The position numbers were made by a program, and so were the translations under genes. This document shows positions 59,858 through 64,000 of a stretch of 64,000 bases of DNA, in pieces. The stretch's first letter is position 1. Every line of letters starts with the position of its first letter. The notes beneath the pieces were generated by a model. The model saw only the letters and a program-made list of their open reading frames with translations. It was not told where the DNA came from and ran no database searches. Origin of the DNA: Spirochaetia bacterium (lineage in GTDB: Bacteria > Spirochaetota > Spirochaetia > SZUA-6 > Bin103); NCBI GenBank assembly GCA_965208575.1, contig CBDBOV010000002.1:288001-352000 (forward strand), given 5' to 3'.

Positions 59858-60600
59858 CGGACATGACACACACGACGGACAAGGCGGCGGCCGCGGCCGC
59901 GATCGCGGAATTGGCGGCGGCCGCAGAGGGCGGGCCGGAGCTGCTGCTCGGCGCCCTGGTGCGGCGTTATGGCGACCGGGTCACGCTGGCCTCGTCGCTG
60001 GGCGCCGAGGACCAGGTGCTGACCCACATGCTGCTGGCCATCAAGCCGCGGGCGCGCATCTTCGTGCTCGACACCGGGCGCCTGCACCAGGAGACCTACG
60101 ACCTGATGGCGCGCACGATGAGCCGCTACGGCATGCGCTACGAGGTGCTGTTCCCGGACGCCGCGGCGGTGCAGGAGATGGTGAGCGGCGAAGGCCCCAA
60201 CCTGTTCTACGCCAGCGTGGCCGGGCGCACGCGCTGCTGCGAGGTGCGCAAGGTGGAGCCGCTCGGCCGGGCGCTGGCCGGTGCCGACGCCTGGATTACC
60301 GGCCTGCGCCGTGCGCAGAGCCCGGAGCGCGGCGACACGCCGCTGGTGGAGTGGGACGCCGCCCATGCGGCGGTCAAGGCGAACCCGCTGGCGGAGTGGA
60401 GCGACGAGCAGGTGTGGGACTACCTGCGCGCCCACGGGGTGCCCTACAACGTGCTGCATGACCGCGGCTTCCTGAGCATCGGCTGCGCGCCGTGCACGCG
60501 CGCCGTGGAGCCGGGCGAGCCGGCGCGCGCCGGGCGCTGGTGGTGGGAGCAGGGCACCGCCAAGGAGTGCGGCCTGCACCCGGCGGAGGCGGCGCGGTGA
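59854..60600 (+). CDS. cysH: APS/PAPS reductase (Fe-S type)
   Basis: [35 protein letters not shown]. Confidence 0.93.
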   Translation: MTDMTHTTDKAAAAAAIAELAAAAEGGPELLLGALVRRYGDRVTLASSLGAEDQVLTHMLLAIKPRARIFVLDTGRLHQETYDLMARTMSRYGMRYEVLFPDAAAVQEMVSGEGPNLFYASVAGRTRCCEVRKVEPLGRALAGADAWITGLRRAQSPERGDTPLVEWDAAHAAVKANPLAEWSDEQVWDYLRAHGVPYNVLHDRGFLSIGCAPCTRAVEPGEPARAGRWWWEQGTAKECGLHPAEAAR

Positions 60601-61478
60601 CCGCGCTCGAGCGCCTGGAGGCGCAGAGCGTATACATCCTGCGCGAGGCGTACCGCGAGTTCCCGCGGCTGTGCATGCTGTGGTCGATCGGCAAGGACAG
60701 CACCGTCCTCCTGTGGCTTACCCGCAAGGCGTTCTTCGGCGAGGTGCCGTTCCCGCTCGTGCACATCGACACGTCGTTCAAGATCCCGGAGATGATCGCC
60801 TACCGCGACCAGTTGGTGCGCGACTGGCGGCTCAACCTGATCTACGGCGAGAACCGCGCCGCGCTCGACGCACGGCACACGTTCCCGGCCGGCGCCATCT
60901 CCCGGATCGCCTGCTGCAAGGCGCTGAAGACCGACGCGCTGGTCAACACCCTGTCGGGCGAGTGGCCGCGCTACCGCTACGACCACGACCTGCAGCGCTA
61001 CGTGCAGGACTCCAACACCGAACCGTACACGGGGGTGATCGTGGGCGCGCGCGCGGACGAGGAGGGCAGCCGCTCCAAGGAACGCTACTTCTCGCCGCGC
61101 GACCACCACAGCGACTGGGACATCGGCGACCAGCCGCCGGAGTTGTGGAACCAGTTCAAGACCGACTTTGCGCCCGGCACCCACGTACGCGTGCATCCGC
61201 TGCTCGACTGGACCGAGCTGAACATCTGGGAGTACATCGAGGCGGAGGAGATACCGGTGGTACCGCTCTACTTCAACCACGGCGACGGCACCCGCTACCG
61301 TTCGCTCGGCTGCTACCCATGCACCACGCCGGTGCGCTCGGACGCCACCTCGGTGGCGGAGATCGTCGACGAGCTGCGCACCGGGCAGTTCGCCCACATC
61401 GCCGAGCGCGCCGGGCGCGAGCAGGACAAGGAGGGCGACGGCACCCTCGAGACCCTGCGCCGCGAGGGCTACATGTAA
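60597..61478 (+). CDS. cysD: Sulfate adenylyltransferase subunit 2
   Basis: [31 protein letters not shown]. Confidence 0.93.
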   Translation: MTALERLEAQSVYILREAYREFPRLCMLWSIGKDSTVLLWLTRKAFFGEVPFPLVHIDTSFKIPEMIAYRDQLVRDWRLNLIYGENRAALDARHTFPAGAISRIACCKALKTDALVNTLSGEWPRYRYDHDLQRYVQDSNTEPYTGVIVGARADEEGSRSKERYFSPRDHHSDWDIGDQPPELWNQFKTDFAPGTHVRVHPLLDWTELNIWEYIEAEEIPVVPLYFNHGDGTRYRSLGCYPCTTPVRSDATSVAEIVDELRTGQFAHIAERAGREQDKEGDGTLETLRREGYM

Positions 61479-63379
61479 TGGCAGCCGCCACAGCACAAGC
61501 AGCCGCGGCACAGGCAGCCGCAGTGCAAGCGGCGGCCGCGCCGCCGCCCGATCTGCCGACCATGAATGTGGTGGTGGTGGGCCACGTCGATCACGGCAAG
61601 AGCACGGTGGTGGGCCGCCTGCTGCACGACACCGGCGTGCTGCCGCATGGCAAGATCGAACAGGTGCGCAGCAACTGCGAGCGCAGCGGCAAGCCGTTCG
61701 AGTACGCATTCCTGATCGATGCGCTGCAGGACGAGCAGGCGCAGGGCATCACCATCGACGCCGCGCGCGTGTTCTTCCGGTCCGACAAGCGGCGCTACAT
61801 CATCATCGACGCCCCCGGCCACATCGAGTTCCTGAAGAACATGATCTCCGGCGCGGCGCGCGCCGAGGCGGCGATCCTGGTGATCGACGCCAGCGAAGGG
61901 GTGCGGGAGAACTCGCGCCGGCACGGGTTCATGGCCGCCATGCTCGGCATCCGCCAGCTCCTGGTGGTGGTCAACAAGATGGACCTGGTGGGCTACGACG
62001 AGGCCGTGTTCACCGCCATCCGCGAGGAGTACGAGGCGTTCCTGGGCGAAATCCAGGTCGAGCCGCGCGGCTTCGTCCCGGTGAGCGGGCGCCACGGCGA
62101 CAACCTGGTGGCCGGCTCGGAGCGCACGCCGTGGTATGAAGGCGCCGCGCTGCTGGAGCAGATCGACGCGTTCGCGAGCGCCGGCGCGGAGACGGCGCAG
62201 GCGCTGCGGCTGCCGGTGCAGGACGTGTACAAGTTTCCGGTGCGCGGCGACGACGCCCGCATCATCGCCGGCACCGTGGCCACCGGCAGCGTGCGGGTGG
62301 GCGACGCGGTAGAGTTCCTGCCGTCGCGCAAGCGGGCGCGGGTGCGCAGCATCGAGGGCTTCCAGGTGGCGTCGCACGAGCAGGCCGCCGCGGGCATGGC
62401 CACCGGCATCACCCTCACCGACGAACTGTACGTGCGCCCCGGGGAACTGATGTACCGGGTCGGCGAACGGGCGCCGCGGGTCGGCACCACGTTCCGCTGC
62501 AATCTGTTCTGGCTCGGCCGCAACCCGCTGGTGCCCGGCAAGCGGTACCGGCTCAAGCTGGCGACCACGCGGGTCGGCGTGCACGTGAAAGAGATCGTCC
62601 AGGTGCTCGATGCAGCCACCCTGGAGCGCAGCGAATCGGACGCCCACAAGGGCCACGTCGGCCGCCACGAGGTGGCCGAGTGCGTGCTGGAGACGCAGAA
62701 CCCGATCGCCTTCGACCTCGGCCTGGGCGCCGAGTTCGCCGCCACCGGGCGCTTCGTGCTGGTCGACGAGTACGAGATCGCCGGCGGCGGCATCGTTACC
62801 GAGTACGTTTCGGGGCTGAAGGCGTCGCTGCGCGAACACGTCAAGCAGCGCGACTACGCCTGGGTGCGCGGCGCCATTACCGCCGAGCAGCGCATCGAGC
62901 GCTACCGGCAGCGGCCGCGGCTGGTGGTGTTCACCGGGGCGGACGGCGACGTGCTGCACGAGTTGGCGCGCGACCTGGAGGACCGGCTGTTCCGCGCCGG
63001 CGGCAGCGCCTACTACCTGGGCCTGACCAACCTGGCGCGCGGGCTCGATGCCACCATGGACGAGGCGGCCGCGCGCGCGGCGGCCCACACCGACGAGGAC
63101 CGCAGCGAACACCTGCGCCGGCTCGGTGAAGTGGCGCACATTCTCGGCGACGCCGGGCAAATCGTGATCACCACGGTCACCGATCTCGACGCCGCGGAGG
63201 CGGAGATTCTGCGCATTCTCAACGAGCCCAACGACATGCTGGTGATTCGCGTGGGCGCCGACCAGCACGCGGTCAACGCCGACCTGGTGATCGTCCCCGG
63301 TACGCCGCCGGACAAGGCGGTGGCCGCGGCGCACCGCCTGCTGCGCGAGCGCGAGGTGGTGCTCGAGTACTACCTGTGA
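61478..63379 (+). CDS. cysN: Sulfate adenylyltransferase subunit 1 with degenerate APS-kinase-like C-terminus
   Basis: [24 protein letters not shown]; C-terminal domain has FTGADGD in place of the kinase P-loop. Confidence 0.9.
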   Translation: MAAATAQAAAAQAAAVQAAAAPPPDLPTMNVVVVGHVDHGKSTVVGRLLHDTGVLPHGKIEQVRSNCERSGKPFEYAFLIDALQDEQAQGITIDAARVFFRSDKRRYIIIDAPGHIEFLKNMISGAARAEAAILVIDASEGVRENSRRHGFMAAMLGIRQLLVVVNKMDLVGYDEAVFTAIREEYEAFLGEIQVEPRGFVPVSGRHGDNLVAGSERTPWYEGAALLEQIDAFASAGAETAQALRLPVQDVYKFPVRGDDARIIAGTVATGSVRVGDAVEFLPSRKRARVRSIEGFQVASHEQAAAGMATGITLTDELYVRPGELMYRVGERAPRVGTTFRCNLFWLGRNPLVPGKRYRLKLATTRVGVHVKEIVQVLDAATLERSESDAHKGHVGRHEVAECVLETQNPIAFDLGLGAEFAATGRFVLVDEYEIAGGGIVTEYVSGLKASLREHVKQRDYAWVRGAITAEQRIERYRQRPRLVVFTGADGDVLHELARDLEDRLFRAGGSAYYLGLTNLARGLDATMDEAAARAAAHTDEDRSEHLRRLGEVAHILGDAGQIVITTVTDLDAAEAEILRILNEPNDMLVIRVGADQHAVNADLVIVPGTPPDKAVAAAHRLLREREVVLEYYL

Positions 63380-63395
63380 CCGCGCGGCATCGTTG

Positions 63396-64000
63396 ATGGC
63401 GGCGTTCGTCAGTCTCATCGGGGCGGGGCCGGGGGATCCGGAGCTGATCACCGTGCGCGGACAGCGCGCGCTGGCCGCCGCCGACGTGATTGTCCACGAC
63501 GACCTGGTGGACCGCCGCCTGCTGATCTCCTGCGCCGGCCGTCCGGTGCACGCGCTCGGCGACCGCCGCGCACCGGCCGCGGAGCGGCAGCGCCGCCTGT
63601 ACAGCGTGCTGGCCGAACACGCGCTCGCCGGGCGGCGGGTGGCGCACCTGAAGGGCGGCGACCCGCTGCTGTACGGCCGCGGCGCCGAGGAGATCCAGTT
63701 CCTGCGCGCCGCCGGCATTCCCTACGAGATCGTGCCGGGAGTCACCGCCGCCGCCGGCGCCGCCGCCTACGCGGAACTGCCGCTGACCCGGCGGCGGCGC
63801 GCCTCCTCGGTGGCGCTGTGCACCGGCCACACCGAGCAGGTCGCGGTGCCGGCGGCGGATACCCTGGTGTACTACATGGCCGCCGCCCGGCTGGCGGAAG
63901 TGGCGCGGCGCGTGCTGGAGCATGGCCGTGCGCCCGACACGCCGGTGGCACTGGTGCGCAACGCCAGCCGCCCCGAGCAGTCGGTCACCACCCTGACCCT
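63396..64000 (+). CDS. cobA: Uroporphyrinogen-III C-methyltransferase, 3'-partial
   Basis: VSLIGAGPGDPELIT, LKGGDP..YGRG.EE, VPGVTA. Confidence 0.9.
   Translation, partial: MAAFVSLIGAGPGDPELITVRGQRALAAADVIVHDDLVDRRLLISCAGRPVHALGDRRAPAAERQRRLYSVLAEHALAGRRVAHLKGGDPLLYGRGAEEIQFLRAAGIPYEIVPGVTAAAGAAAYAELPLTRRRRASSVALCTGHTEQVAVPAADTLVYYMAAARLAEVARRVLEHGRAPDTPVALVRNASRPEQSVTTLT

Overview
High-GC bacterial chromosome segment. A class I lysyl-tRNA synthetase and the '...TGLWAAAAEEE' signal peptides on the solute-binding proteins suggest a Spirochaetota member (inference). The left ~45 kb is an accessory/defence island built around three nested, same-orientation copies of the nad operon 3' end: a nadB relic split by a group II intron, a diverged pseudogenised nadA'-nadC-nadB copy, and the intact nadA-nadC-nadB. 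Cargo around these copies: (i) a large N6-adenine methyltransferase with an extra C-terminal domain, overlapping a Rad50/SMC-like ABC ATPase and followed by an HhH/OGG-like glycosylase, which is the best candidate for an undescribed defence system; (ii) a clear Avs3a/Avs3b (AVAST type 3) system; (iii) a HEPN-like orphan, five toxin-antitoxin loci (three without an intact toxin), tandemly duplicated peptide-ABC solute-binding proteins, an AAA ATPase broken by a nonsense codon and a Schlafen/AlbA_2 protein. The right part is mostly housekeeping (nadE, tRNA-Arg(CCT), rlpA, class I lysS, rpiA, mnmA, Rrf2-cysH-cysD-cysN-cobA). It is interrupted by an HNH/DUF222-type gene, a 14x39-bp repeat protein and an intact 3.25-kb IS1595 element carrying a lipoprotein serine protease. 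All calls come from motif reading by eye; no database searches were run.
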